Of a stretch of DNA of 64,000 nt, positions 50,150 to 64,000 are shown in pieces. Position 1 is the first letter of the stretch; each line of letters opens with the position of its first letter. The translations under genes were made by a program, and so were the position numbers. This stretch comes from Octopus sinensis (taxonomy: Eukaryota). The notes beneath the pieces were generated by a model. That model did no database searches and was not told the origin of the DNA. It was given only the letters and a program-made list of their open reading frames with translations. The stretch lies in assembly GCF_006345805.1 (NCBI RefSeq), contig NC_043006.1:95418001-95482000 (forward strand), given 5' to 3'.

Positions 50150-50670
50150 GGGTTTTAGCCGAACAAATCGACTTGAAGAACTTAATGGATTTATTTTCTA
50201 TTTTCTTAGAGTTTGGTACTTATTCACATGGTCTCGTCTAACGAACCGCTTATGAACGGAGACGTAAACAAACAAACAGTTGTGTCAAGCGGTGGAAGTG
50301 AACAAACATAAAGACATACGCACACACACACACACACATGTCGATATGTATATTTGTGTATTCACACACACGCACACACATACATATATTGGTCCCATTC
50401 CCGAGTCGCTCTTTTAAGGAGACGTAAACACACCAACACAGTTTGTTAAGCGGTGATGGAGGACAGATACAAATACAAAAACACACCCACAAGTAATATA
50501 TAAATACGACGGAGGACTTCTTTCTGCTTCCGTCTACCGAATCTACTCACAAGTCATTGGTTGGCCCTGAGTGAAAGTAGAAGACACTTGCCCAAGGTCC
50601 CAGTCGGTGGGACTGAACTCAGAACCATATGGTTGGGAAGCAAGCTTCTTACCATACAGCCACTCCTGCG
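50150..50670 (-). mobile_element. tRNA-derived SINE (39964 family) with an internal duplication
   Basis: Minus strand CGCAGGAGTGGCTGTATGGTAAGAAGCTTGC..GAGTTCAGTCCCAC; the GAGACGTAAACA..ACAGT..AAGCGGTG block occurs twice. Confidence 0.75.
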
Positions 50671-50722
50671 GTTGTATCATATTTACATCTAACAAAGGCT
50701 CAACGTGGTATCTTATGAACTA

Positions 50723-51038
50723 AAGTAATCCCTCGCCATATGGTGGTTCACCTATCGCGATTCACCTATCACGGTACACTATCGCGTTTCACCTATCGCG
50801 ATTCACCTATCGGGGTTAACCTATCGCGGTTTACCTATCGTGGTTCACCTATCGTGGTTTATTATTTAAGCTTACGACGATTCCTCCATGCTCTTGTTTT
50901 GCATTTATAATAAAATTAATGTATATAAATTATAAAAAAATTTTTTAAAAATATACAGTACTGTTTCTATTTCGCGGATTTTCACCCATCGCGGCGGGTG
51001 GTTGGGACTTAACACACGCGATAGTCAAGAGATTAATT
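50723..51038. mobile_element. Tigger/pogo-like MITE with ~7 tandem 15-bp TTCACCTATCGCGG-type units
   Basis: Left end TA|AAGTAATCCCTCG, degenerate right end CAAGAGATTAATT, subterminal 15-mer array at 50747-50858. Confidence 0.6.
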
Positions 51039-51480
51039 TCTACCAAAGCCATATATAATATCATATCTAGTGCGGATTTTTAACAGAAGTGGGAGACCTG
51101 TGATTTTGAGTATGATATAGTGCAAAGAAAACAACAGTAATATTTTGGGAGTGAATAATATAGTTATCTGTCTCAGGAAAGAACAAAAGGCTCTTTCGAT
51201 CACTGAAAGGCATTGTACACGGGAGAGTAAAACAGCGTAAGTAGATGCAGCAAAGTAACTTACGCAATGTTCTTATGATTATAACAGTCCAGCGCTTGTT
51301 ATATAGTTTCCCGTATTAATAACATTACAGATGGCATTTTTTAAAACATTAAACCTGAAGATATTAATGCTGCATTCTATGTAGGCGTAAAAAGAATCAC
51401 AGCACCCTGTACATACACACAAGCATGCACACACACGTACACACAAACACACACAGAGGTACATGTAAACAGATATATGC

Positions 51481-51535
<55 letters not shown>

Positions 51536-51772
51536 TACATAAACACAGGCACGCACACATGTCATTTGTGTTATCTTTCATTCTCTCGCCATTCTTATCT
51601 CTTATTCTATCCACAAATCGCCATTTCAGAGTAATGACATGCATTCAAGCAAATATACACACATATACGTATTTCAGTGTATGTATGTGTGCATGTATAT
51701 TTATATACACACGCATATTCCTATATATGCAGACAGACACCCATATATTCATATATACGCATATACATGCAC

Positions 51773-51817
<45 letters not shown>

Positions 51818-51879
51818 CATGTATACACGTATATATATTTATATATATACAGAGAAACAAATACATATATATATATTAA

Positions 51880-51911
<32 letters not shown>

Positions 51912-52204
51912 GCATGTGTGTGTGTATGTATGTATACGTGTGCGTATTTGTTTGTGAGTGTGTGTATTAGCATATTGTATTCCCATTATTCACTGTCTCT
52001 CTGTTCTCTTCATCTCTCATATATATACACAAATATATGAATATACATTCCTTGCAAAGATATATATATATATATTAATAAATCATGTATACGGTGGATA
52101 CACTATGCGTTTGTTCTGCGTATATGTAGTTGTGTGTCTGTGTTTCGCTGAGTATGTCTGTAAGCCGTATGTCTGTAAGTACGTGTGTTTATGTACATGT
52201 GTGT

Positions 52205-52238
<34 letters not shown>

Positions 52239-52669
52239 TTGCATGCGCGTAATAGTATAAAAGTATTAAAGTAGAGGAGACGTAGAGTAAATTAAGAGGC
52301 AGATTGGATAACTGTAAGATTTTCAAACAGCAGGTGTCCATTATTGATAAGATACTTCCGAGTGGATAGCATTTCGCTATACGGCTTACAGTGGAAAGTA
52401 TTACGTAAACTCACCTCATACACATATTATATATACACCGTTGCCACGAACACTTTATATACACACCATGCCCACTTACGTAGGCAGACACATATTTGCA
52501 TACATCATCAAACTTATACATTGGTATACAGATTTCCTTGCATTTTTCCCTCTTTCGTTCTCTCTGTATCTCCCGATATCTCGATTTCTGTGAATTTGAA
52601 CGTGCGTGCGTTTACGTATGTATATATATACATACATACATACATACATGCATATATATATATATATAT

Positions 52670-52706
<37 letters not shown>

Positions 52707-53594
52707 CACATATATGTATGTATGTGTATGTATGTATGTGTTGGTGAGAGAGAGAGCGAGGAAGAGAGAGTAGAGTCAGTAGAGAGAGTGTATGTATGAG
52801 TGCTTATGTGTCTGCGTGTGTAGATAGATGCATATAAGTACGTATATGTATACATATGTATAAAGTTATGCATGTGTGTATATTCACATATATATATCCT
52901 AAATACTATATTCCTTATTTTATTCATTCATACATACGTACATACACCCACATACATATATATATATGAGTACATGCATACAATCATACATACACTCACA
53001 TAATACATATATACATGCATACAAACATACATACAACCACGTACATACATACATACATGCGTACATACATACTTTGATCTTGATCTCAGAACAATTTCCG
53101 TTTTATTTTGTTAGATTGTTATTTCTTGTATTCTTTTTTATGTTTTTACTTTTCTTCATCTTCTATTCATTTATGTGCTGTAAATCCTTTCGCGGGTTGT
53201 GCCAAGTTTTAACTAAATTCCTTGTAAATTCTCTATCGAACGACGTAAAAGCAACGTAAGGAAGCAATGAAAGGACGCAAATCCACCCTGCTGTATTATT
53301 GTAAAGCTGGGTAACTTGATTAGGTTTTACTAGGCATATAGCCATAAATATGCCGACTGATTCGCAAGCATACAGCTATGTAGACCGCCATATATACAGC
53401 TACACGTAGTCACAAATGTACTTGTGTGTCAATATATTGCATACATATACATATTTAACTATATATGTGTGTGCGTGTGCATGTGTGCTAGTATGTATGT
53501 GTTTGCACGTATGTGTGTATGTACTTGCGTGTTCCTATAGGTCTGTATATACATGTGTGTGTGTGTGTATGTGTGTGCATGTATATGTATATAT

Positions 53595-53716
<122 letters not shown>

Positions 53717-54398
53717 CTACATTTATGTATGCATATATATATATATATATATGTATATATTATACATATGTATATATACGTATAAATTTCTGTCAGCTCT
53801 TCTGGTGACGTCGATGTTCGCCTGGGGCTAAATGCATCAGTAATACCCCCACCACCCCGCCCTGACCCTAGCCACATTCAGGTGGCTGATCCCTCTTATG
53901 TTATAGAGCAGTTACTGTTTATATCTCGCCCAGAGATTTATATTGGTTTCGAACAGATTTTCTACGCCAGTGACTGTGGTTACTGTGTGAAAATCTATAT
54001 ATATCCAGCCTGTAGAGGGAGTCCTCAACGAAGAGCGGTGCTTACCATACGTTGACAAGAGCAATAACTTCGAACCGGTCCGTGTGTAGTATCCGTATCT
54101 TCGGGGAGGCTGATCTCCCTTTGCTGGCTGGCAAGGACACCGAAATGGTGTCAGCTCTTCTGGTGACGTCGATGTTCGCCTAGGGCTAATGCATCAGTAA
54201 CACCCACCACCCCGCCTGACCCTAGCCACATTCAGATGGCTGATCCCTCTTATGTTATAGAGCAGTTACTGTTTATATCTCGCCCAGAGATTATTATTGG
54301 TTTCGAACAGATTTTCTACGCCAGTGACTGTGGTTACTGTGAAAATCTATATATATCCAGCATGTAGAGGGAGTCCCTCAACGAAGAGCGGTGCTTAC

Positions 54399-54440
54399 CA
54401 TACGTTGACAAGAGGCAATAACCTCGAAACCGGTCGTGTG
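54399..54440 (+). ncRNA. Minimal type I hammerhead ribozyme, copy 2
   Basis: CATACG-TTGACAA-GAGG-CAATAA-CCTC-GAAA-CCGG-TC-GTGTG. Stem II pairs perfectly; one C is missing next to the cleavage site. Confidence 0.7.
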
Positions 54441-54756
54441 TAGTATCCGTATCTTCGGGGAGGCTGATCTCCCTTGCTGGCTGGCAAGGACACCGAGATG
54501 GTGTCAGCTCTTCTGGTGACGTCGATGTTCGCCTGGGGCTAAATGCATCAGTAACACCCCCACCACCCCGCCCTGGCCCTAGCCACATTCAGATGGCTGA
54601 TCCCTCTTATGTTATAGAGCAGTTACTGTTTATATCTCGCCCAGAGATTTATTATTGGTTTCGAACAGATTTTCTACGCCAGTGACTGTGGTTACTGTGA
54701 AAATCTATATATATCCAGCCTGTAGAGGGAGTCCCTCAACGAAGAGCGGTGCTTAC

Positions 54757-54799
54757 CATACGTTGACAAGAGGCAATAACTTCGAAACCGGTCCGTGTG
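54757..54799 (+). ncRNA. Minimal type I hammerhead ribozyme, copy 3 (intact; predicted cleavage after C54793)
   Basis: Stem I CATACG/CGTGTG, core UUGACAA (U3-A8 in place of C3-G8), stem II GAGG/CTTC, GAAA, palindromic stem III ACCGGT, GUC cleavage triplet. Confidence 0.8.
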
Positions 54800-55029
54800 T
54801 AGTATCCGTATCTTCGGGGAGGCTGATCTCCCTTTGCTGGCTGGCAAGGACACCGAGATGGTGTCAGCTCTTCTGGTGACGTCGATGTTCGCCTGGGGCT
54901 AAATGCATCAGTAACACCCCCACCACCCCGCCCTGACCCTAGCCACATTCAGATGGCTGATCCCCCTTATGTGATATTTGTATTATTATACACCTATTAT
55001 GTATATTCATTTTTAATCTGTAAGACGAA

Positions 55030-57000
55030 GGTTATCTATATATATTGTTAGATGCCAGAGATGCTAGTAGAATCGGCCACATATTTATAATTTTCAGCCA
55101 GAGGAAGGAATCGCGGATCCGCTTTTATTCCAGGCTTGTATAAGTTCGTTACAGCCTCGTAAATAAGAGATAGAGAAATTTTCCGTTTCCAGCGTTCAGG
55201 CCACATGATATTCCACTCCCACCTGTTCTACCTTGCGCAGGATCCTTCAGATAAACATACCAAGATTTCAAGCCATTCTTCTCCAAGTGTTTAACCTCAT
55301 CTCGCCTCACGCCATCCTTTCGCTTTGCGTCTACTTTCTCCGATTGATAGAAGTGAGTGGTTCAAAGTCCACGTCAAACTCTATACGGATTCGAGATGTT
55401 GCCTTTTAATTTCTCAACCATGCCACTTATTTCTCATCTCTTTGCGTACATTCTAATCTGGTCTTTATGTCTCTATGCCTCATGCTCTCATTGCCACTTT
55501 CGCTTATTGCAAACTTACTCTTTCCGAACATCAAGATTTCGACCATTTGCGATAGCGATAGCTCTAATTATGCTCAACTGATGCCTTGCTTTACTGATCT
55601 AAATATTGCTGAAATTCCATGTTACATGTGGCTATACTTCTTTGCACGCCTCTCCCCCACTTCACAGATGTCATAGGCACTTCATATATTATTTGGAGCT
55701 ACATGAGTGTAAAGAGCCTTCGGTGGAGGAAAACGGAAACCTTGAAGTTATTTCGTAAACGTGATCCCAAGCCTGTTTCCATGATCTAAACTTGTATTCG
55801 CTATATGTAAAGGAAGCATCACGACATTTCGTAAGACATTCTTTTGTACTTTCCTTAATAGATGGAATGGCTTCATCTCGTGCAAGCAGCTGGATTTTGC
55901 TGGTTACTCTCTAGCTTCATAAAACTCCTGGATATTTTTAGCATGCAGTTCCACTTGTTACATGTTACCGCATTAACATTTGCTATCAGGTTTGGCTTGT
56001 TTGTACGTTTGTTAAAATCCTGCACTTGCCTCATCCATGAGACTACGCAATGGCCGGTGATGGGTCCTGACTGCAGTATTGGCCCTCCGATTCCTTCCTT
56101 TATGATCGCATTCACCCCTATAAGAAACAAGATGGTGGACATAACACAACCGGTTATATTGCTATTTCGAGTCAGGAAATGACCGGTGATGAGTAGCAGC
56201 TTTATTCCCCTAAAGTTGCTGATGATCGTTGTCCTGAATTGATAAGGAATACGGTTGTGTTCCATAGCTGCATTGATGATGACGCAAGCGGCCGAGCCTG
56301 TCGCGATTATCAAAGTTTCAGAGGAACCAGGGAAATATATTGATACATTCTGGGTGAAGGTGTCAACATATTTCTCAACATGGAGGTCGTCTTAAACAGG
56401 ACTGAAAAGAATGTATTCGCCTGAATACCCAGAAAAGGGAGATTGTAAGGAATTGGTCAAGCTCAGTAGAATCTGCTTCCTTTGGTAAGCACTTTTGTAG
56501 GATGGTGAAATTGAGCCAGTTCCTCATATTCTCCGCAAAATCTCCAGTGTACACAACAATATTAAGCCTTCTTACATAATTTGCAAGCTATACTGTTTGG
56601 TCCTGAGACAGATGACCGTTGATCTCTCGGTAGAATACCTTGGGCGTCTAGCCATCTTCAGGTCTATCAACCAGGATTGCAGTTAGCTCTTCTACCTAAG
56701 AATGTTATTTTATGGCTTTTTTTTTTGAGGAATTCTACATCATACTGCTGATCAATCTCCCAAGGCTTCTCCCAATAGGGCTTTGGTAAATTTGTGCGGT
56801 CCTTTATAAACTGAGCTCTTTGCACTTCCTCCTGCGTTCATTCTTTTCGAAAACTCTCCATTGCTCTTCAAGTCCTCTGCTCAAGCCTTTTACGCATTCT
56901 GTTTCCTCAAAACTTGCCCCTTTGAAGAATTCTTCTCTACTTTTGCACATTAGCATATCAAACAAGAGATTCTCTCTCTGGTCGCACAGGTTACTATGTA
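55030..57000 (-). pseudogene. Heavily degraded non-LTR retrotransposon RT region (HERO/NeSL-like)
   Basis: GCVMSTILFLIGVNAII (a QGC.SP.LF motif) and downstream LRNNFKV..IIYEVPMTSV; many stops and frameshifts, so boundaries are approximate. Confidence 0.5.
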
Positions 57001-57129
57001 AAGCAACCGAATTTCTATTTATTCATAGCCTATAATATTAAAATGGCATATGGTTTTCAATATTTCATAGACTAATGCTACCTGAAAACACAAAACTATA
57101 TCCCCTGCCCAGTAAGAGTAACCATCATA

Positions 57130-57192
57130 GAGAGACAGACAGAGACAGAAAAACAGATATATATAGATAGATAGATATATATATATAGATAG

Positions 57193-57223
<31 letters not shown>

Positions 57224-57231
57224 GATAGATG

Positions 57232-57269
<38 letters not shown>

Positions 57270-57375
57270 CAGGCAGATAGACAGACAGACAGACACAGAC
57301 AGACACAGACAGGCAAACAGAAAGATATAGATAGATAGATATATATATAGATAGATAGATTAGATAGATAGATAA

Positions 57376-57436
<61 letters not shown>

Positions 57437-57493
57437 CAGGCAGATAGACAGACAGACAGACACAGACAGACACAGACAGGCAAACAGAAAGAT

Positions 57494-57545
<52 letters not shown>
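57130..57545. repeat. (GATA)n/(GACA)n microsatellite with a duplicated higher-order block
   Basis: The block GACAGGCAGATAGACAGAC..GGCAAACAGAAAGATATAG occurs twice. Confidence 0.9.
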
Positions 57546-57546
<1 letters not shown>

Positions 57547-58785
57547 GTCGTATATTATTACAGTAATATACCTATATCGGTTGCAATTCTTGGTGCAACT
57601 GCATCTGTGTGTATATATACTCTGATGCACACATACACACAATGTTTTTTTTTTATTTAATTTTGTTTTGGTTTATAAAACTTTTGAGACAAAAAAACAA
57701 TAAATCTTAAAAAGATAACCAACACACACAACATTTGTGATAAATTCCTCGGCAAGTATCGATTCAACTCGCATATGAATCTTCAGCGATTTATGTTTTA
57801 TATTAAATGAAACTTTTATAATATAACTCTTCATTAATTTAAACGGAGAGATTTCAAATGAATTGAGATATTTTCTCAATAGTAACCCATTTAGGGAGTT
57901 TATATATTTCAAGGCAAGCATACCCATACCTTGTTTCCGTCTTCCTCAATATATTTGATTTGCGTCTGTAAGATAACCCTGTTTAAAAAAGCAAAACCTA
58001 ACCCCAGCAATGAAGTTTTACTTGCGTCAGAATTGAACCCCCTTACAGTTTCATTCAAGCACATATGTCATTGTTCCATTCGCATTTCAAAGGAGGGAAA
58101 CAAGTGCATTTTTTTCTAATTTATTCTCCTATAGGAATGCAGCCATTCGAGGACGACTTGTGGGACGCTTCAACTCGTCTAGTAACTCGACGCCCATACT
58201 TATTCTTTTTAAGCTTGGAGACTTTTCTGTCGCTCGGACTTTGCCAAATTGGTGTGATATGGAGATGTAAACAAAAATTTACCGATCGTCAAGGACATGC
58301 AACACATTTACCACAAACACACTTGCACCATACACACACATATACACATATACACATAATGGTGCCTATATATATATATATATTTATATATGTATATATA
58401 TATATACCGGAGTAAATACATAAATGTGAAACAAGGTGGAAAAAAAGAGTACTCAAATACCAGGGGTAGAGTAATATGCTTTATTTAAAAGCAGTAGAAA
58501 TTCAACAAAACCATGACAACCACACACACTTGACAAACATACGCCATCTGACCAAATACTACAGACACACAGACACATCTATTCACACCACATGTATGTG
58601 TATGCACGGACACCTACACGCAGAGAGACACACATATTCACCTCATCCTAACCCCAAAATCATTGATGCTTGAAGGAAAGCCAAAAAAAGAAAAAAACGG
58701 GTACATCTTTTTCAATTCTACATTTCTGCTAAAACGGACAACCTCGCCTTGAATTCATAATATTCTGTACTGACCCTGAGATGTA

Positions 58786-59170
58786 TAATATATTTGTTTT
58801 AATCTTTTCTGCCCATTTTTTCAAATATTCTCATCATACTGTTGTACTTTCTTATGTCCTTAACATGTCCCTGTTACCAAAGACTGTATATATACATGTA
58901 ATGTGGCAATTTGCAATAACCAATAATTAACGCAACCAAACTTCCAATAATATATTTGTTTTATTCTTTTCTGCCCATTTTTTCAAATATTCTCATCACA
59001 CTGTTGTACTTCTTTATGTCCTGAACATGTCCCTGTTACCAAAGACTGTATATATACATGTAATGTGGCAATTATGTAAATTTTTTTGAATTCATAATGT
59101 TCTATGTTACTTTTGACAAACTTTTTCCAAAGAGTGAAAACCGGTTGAGTAAATAAACATCATTTAATTG
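58786..59170 (+). repeat. ~126-bp direct duplication (58786-58911, 58947-59073) followed by a hammerhead-like motif (59107-59152); probable Penelope-type terminus
   Basis: The duplication is read directly; the motif is TTACTT-TTGACAA-ACTTTT..AGAGT-GAAAACCGGTT-GAGTAA. Confidence 0.6.
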
Positions 59171-59188
59171 CATTTTCAAACCTTCTTC

Positions 59189-59233
<45 letters not shown>

Positions 59234-59289
59234 ATATATTATATATATATATATATGTATGTATGTATGCATGTATATATGTATATATG

Positions 59290-59466
59290 TGTTTTCATCT
59301 TTCCTTCTTTGGATCTTTCCTTTTCCTATGTTTCTGACGAAGAGCTCCACTCGAAACGTTAAACCCTCCTTGTTTCCTTCTTTCCTTAGCGTCCAATAAC
59401 ACTATACTTGTTCCACGTCCTCGCGTTGTTGTGTTTTCTCTTTGTGTTTTCATGTTTGGATTGACT

Positions 59467-59497
<31 letters not shown>

Positions 59498-59588
59498 ATA
59501 TATAAAAATATATATAGTCAATCCAATCATGAAAACACAAAGAGAAAACACTACAACGCGAGGACGTGGAACAAGTATAGTGTTATTG

Positions 59589-59591
<3 letters not shown>
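59290..59591 (+). mobile_element. Penelope-like pseudo-LTR remnant with a hammerhead motif (59330-59364) and a 76-bp inverted copy (59391-59466 / 59516-59591) around (TA)n
   Basis: GTTT-CTGACGA-A-GAG-CTCCA-CTC-GAAACGTT-AAAC; the inverted arms are nearly perfect. Confidence 0.7.
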
Positions 59592-59628
<37 letters not shown>

Positions 59629-60114
59629 ATATTGTATATATATATATATATAATATAATATATCAACACACTACATACATACTCACTCACATGCATACAT
59701 TTACATTGATACAAACGACGGATAGATCGCAGTTCTGTTATAAAACAGGAAAAGAAAAATAACGTTGAAAAGGAACTTTGAAGCGCACCAGTTTCTCTCA
59801 AAAACTGTTTACAGCTCTACTCTTATAACCTGGCAACTATCTTCATATAAACCGATACATCAGCAACACTCTACAACTCTACTGCTATGCCGCCATGTCT
59901 CTCCACTTTTTATCCTACACAATGTAAACAAATAGTTCATAAAGCACGTCCATGCATACAAAATTAACTGCGGACTCAATATCCTTATTAAACGCAGAGT
60001 AACGTTAACTGTTAACCATTAAATGAGATTTCTTGCCTGCTTTCACAGTTTCTCCGCCCCCATCCATAGGGGCAATGAAATACATTGGGCACTTATGACA
60101 AATGCCAGTGACAG

Positions 60115-60430
60115 TGCGTGGCTTAATGGTTAGGATATTTGACTCACAATCGTATGGACGTGAGTTCGATTCCCGTTGACCAGTTAGTCCTTGAGCAAGA
60201 TACTTTAATTCACGTTTCTGCAGTTTATTGAGCTGGCAAAACTGAGTTGTAACTGTAACTGAAAGGGTGCCAACCTTTTCATATTCTGTATGATAATGAA
60301 TCTCACTGAGAACTACAGTGAGGGTCCGCGTGTCTGTAGGGTTCTCCGTCACTGGCCCGTTGATTTCACGAGCAGGCTGTTCTGTTGATCGGATCAACTG
60401 GAATCAACTGTCATCGTAACCGACGGTGTG
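60115..60430 (+). mobile_element. tRNA-derived SINE
   Basis: CGTGGCTTAATGGTTAGG..GAGTTCGATTCCC..CTTGAGCAAGATACTTTAATTCACG. Confidence 0.75.
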
Positions 60431-61007
60431 CAAGTTGATGACAGATGCATGTTATAATGTCACGCATAGAATAGGAAATAAATTTCGGAGTTTTCTATAA
60501 GTTCTATGAGCCTTTTTCTTTCATAGCTCCAGGCTAAGAAATGCCTTGTGCGTAGATGGAAACGTTGCGTGTGTGCCTGTGTGTGTGCCTTTGTGTTGGT
60601 GATTTTGCTTGTCTTCTGCCATTACTGGACAACCGTGTTGGTTTGCTTATGTCCCCATCACTTAGCGTTTCAACCAAGGAGTCGACAGATTTACGACTAA
60701 ATCCTTCAATGCGATGCCCCAATATAGCCACAGACCAATGAATCAGACCAATAAAAGATAAAAGAAGGTAATACGTGTTATGTGGACACAAGACATAAAG
60801 GGAGATGTGTGAAAGGGATCTAGTCATTTAAATTCGGGACCTAAATATCGCAGATTTCTTCAGTGGAGGTTGAGAATGGAGCACAAAGTATAAACGATCA
60901 CAAGTTAAGCAGAAATATTCAATGCTGACTCAGACCACATAAGATTTCTCTTATCATCAGAGAATATCTGGAATTGCTGTCAAACATTATCAGCGACCGA
61001 TCTCAGT

Positions 61008-61190
61008 CGGTGAGCTGGCAGAATCGTTCGCTCGTCTGTTAATTGCTAAGAGTTCAATCTCAGCCTAGGTCGAAGTTGATTCTCACTCTTTCCGGTTCAA
61101 TAAAAGATACAAGTACTGGCATAGATGTAATCGACTGACCCGTTCCCCATAAAATTAATGGCCTTGGGCCAAAATCAGAAGCAATTATTT
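61008..61190 (+). mobile_element. Degenerate SINE (40473 family)
   Basis: GGTGAGCTGGCAGAATCGTT..GAGTTCAATCTC. Confidence 0.6.
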
Positions 61191-62093
61191 GTGACAGTTC
61201 TACAACCAACCAAAAAACCGTTGCGATGTAGCTGAGATGTGACTTCGTCAAATTAGCCTATTTGCTTTGGTACATGAAAGATATTAACCACTAAAACAAT
61301 TCACGTTTGAAAGTCAATAAAACAAACGGCTTTGTTTACATAATATTTCAATGCGGGGGAAGAAAATTTTTTAAATAAACCAAAAAGTTTGTTTATTGAA
61401 AATTCGTAAAACAGGAAGTTTCTTGAAGTTAGCAATTAAAGCTGTCGCATGAGACTAGCTGAATTAAAATGATAGCGTGTGGCGTTTCCATTACGATGCG
61501 ATTTCATTTTTCCTTTCCTTTTGCGTGATTTGGAACTAATTTCGATCTCCAGTTGGAGCCATTCATAATTTTATCATCTCATTTAACTTTGTTAATTTGA
61601 TTTGACAACGACTTTCCTTTCGTTTTAGTTTTGTTTATAATCTTTCTCTCTTCTTCTTCATCTGATCAGCAGGTGTCATTTATTACATCTTTTGTTTTCT
61701 CTGTATATCACTATATATATATGTGTGTTTGTGTGTGTGAGTGCGTGTGTGTGTGAGTGTGTATGTGTGTGTGTGTGTGGTGTGTGTGTGTGTGTGTGTG
61801 TGTCTAAATGCGAATGTGACAGTGATGTTGTTGCATTTTAATATTTTGTATTGTTCCTTATTTTAATTATAAATATGAAACAAAAAAAAATTCTGCCTTT
61901 TTCAAAGAATATTTCATGTGGACATATTTAGATAAACAGCGACGAAGAAAGTCAAGATTACAATGTCTCATCTGCAGTTTTGTTATTTCTTTGATTAGAA
62001 GCCGTATACGATGAAATGCCTGTCTACAGGAGTGGAGTCAACATGAAATTATGAATAGGATACATTAATATATACATAAATATGTTTAAATAT

Positions 62094-62142
<49 letters not shown>

Positions 62143-62260
62143 GTGGGGAGTGTCTATATATATATATATATAATATATTATTATATATGTATACATATAT
62201 ATACATGCGCAACTGTGTGTATACATATTCACACATATATTTGTCTGTGTATGTGTATGT

Positions 62261-62313
<53 letters not shown>

Positions 62314-62507
62314 GCATGTATGCATACACATGTGCATGAATGTGTATGAATATAATAGATTGATCAATAGAAGAGAAATGTTACGCCTGCCGCACACAGA
62401 CAGACAGACACACACACCACACACTTACATATATATAGAATACATATCTTCTATAATTTAGTTGTTTCAGTCATTAGACTGTGGCCATGCTGGGGCACTG
62501 CCACTTG

Positions 62508-62539
<32 letters not shown>

Positions 62540-62753
62540 ATTATATATTATATATATATATATAATAGAGAGAGAATGTGTTTATATATACATATAATAT
62601 ATATATATGTATATGTATAAATATGTGTTTGTGTATATATATATATAAGTATATATGTATATATATATATATATGTATGTATATATGCCAATATATGTAT
62701 ATATATATATTATATATATAAGTATGCATATAATTATATATATATATATATAT

Positions 62754-62791
<38 letters not shown>

Positions 62792-63516
62792 TATCTATAT
62801 GTTTACGTATTTGAAATGTATCTATCATATATAAGTGTGTGTGCCTGTGTGTGTAAATAAAGATATTGTTGTTATTAATAAATATTATCAACAATAATAT
62901 AAGTGGGAAGTGAGCATTAAAGCAAAAATTAAACCAAAACAGGCAAATTTACAAATTTCCAATTGATTTTAAATAATAATTGAGGGTACACGAAGTACAT
63001 TTGTTGCTAGAAATAAGCGTCGAAACATACTAAATAAGCCATCATTTTACTGGACGTTCGAAATCACGTGTTATATGTATATCAGTGATACTCATTTGCA
63101 ACTTTCAGCCGCTATGGTAAGTTAAATTTTGCTCGCCCCTAAAGTTTCGCCAGCCTGCCGGCTCATTTGAGTGTTTTTCGACTATTATTTCTAGCAACGC
63201 TCGCTCTTCGTTTACCCTCAAATATAGAGTAAACAAGAGAGACAGTCAGAAACAAGGTAAATGCCCTTTGTATTTGAATACTATGCAAATATTCTTTTAA
63301 AAACTTTTCTTGTATTTTTTCCAAAATTTAATTTCTTTCCATATTTACAGTTGAAAAAGTCTCAATGATGAAACCGTTACCGAAATGTTTTTTATAAGAT
63401 TATTTTAGCATTTTCTAACTTGACTTTTTTTCAATATATCTCAACTCATGTGTTTCTTTTCAAACTTCTACGTATATATATGCATACATACCTACAAAAC
63501 ACATATATATAGATAT

Positions 63517-63553
<37 letters not shown>

Positions 63554-63708
63554 TGTTTGCATGTATATATTATATATCTATATATGTATATATATATGTA
63601 TATATATAATATAATATATATATATATATATTATATACACACATATATGTATACCTATGCATGTATACATACAGACAATATATATATATGTATATGTGTG
63701 TGTGTGTG

Positions 63709-63761
<53 letters not shown>

Positions 63762-64000
63762 ATATATATATACATATCTTGTTTTATCAGATATGTAGTG
63801 GAAGAAAAACATGCTGATCTGGAGGCGAGCAACCATATGAATCATAAAAAGGGAAATGTAGTATTTGCCTCATATTTCCTCATCTCATAACAACATAAAA
63901 CTGAGCTATTCTATTCCTCGCCAACACCAATGACGGCATCTACACCAGTTGTGTCGTATATCTCTGTCTATGTCTGCATAATTATATAAATATACATGTG

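Larger units (their letters stand above)
53791..54971 (+). repeat. Tandem repeat of a ~360-bp unit (3.3 copies) carrying hammerhead ribozymes; probable non-LTR retrozyme
   Basis: Units start TGTCAGCTCTTCTGGTGACG at 53791, 54149, 54502 and 54862 (358, 353 and 360 bp, plus a partial unit); each full unit holds one hammerhead motif. Confidence 0.85.

Noticed and set aside
50747-50858. CRISPR-like array of short repeats
   Set aside because: The 15-bp units are contiguous with no unique spacers and lie inside a MITE in eukaryotic DNA.

Overview
AT-rich, microsatellite-dense animal genomic DNA with no recognisable host gene. The SINE families and repeat landscape look like a cephalopod (Octopus-like) genome; this is inference from recognition, not a search. 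The window is mostly transposon debris: tRNA-derived SINEs, TcMar and hAT MITEs, Helitron/Helentron non-autonomous elements, and Penelope, Dong/R4, RTE and HERO-like fragments. Two structures stand out. (1) At 22248-33843 a non-autonomous Helitron carries a captured Tx1 ORF1 fragment; an empty sister copy lies at 16736-17794. Four minus-strand retroelements sit head-to-tail inside it: a full-length Tx1-like LINE (ORF1 plus APE-RT ORF2) and three ~1.7-kb ORF1-only elements. They share a 3' stem-loop/AATAAA tail and an ORF1-end junction, and their target-site duplications point to repeated use of the same nucleotide positions. (2) At 53791-54971 a ~360-bp tandem repeat (3.3 copies) carries a minimal type I hammerhead ribozyme with a compensatory U3-A8 core in each full unit, i.e. 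a probable non-LTR retrozyme. All alignments were done by eye, and boundaries of degenerate elements are approximate.
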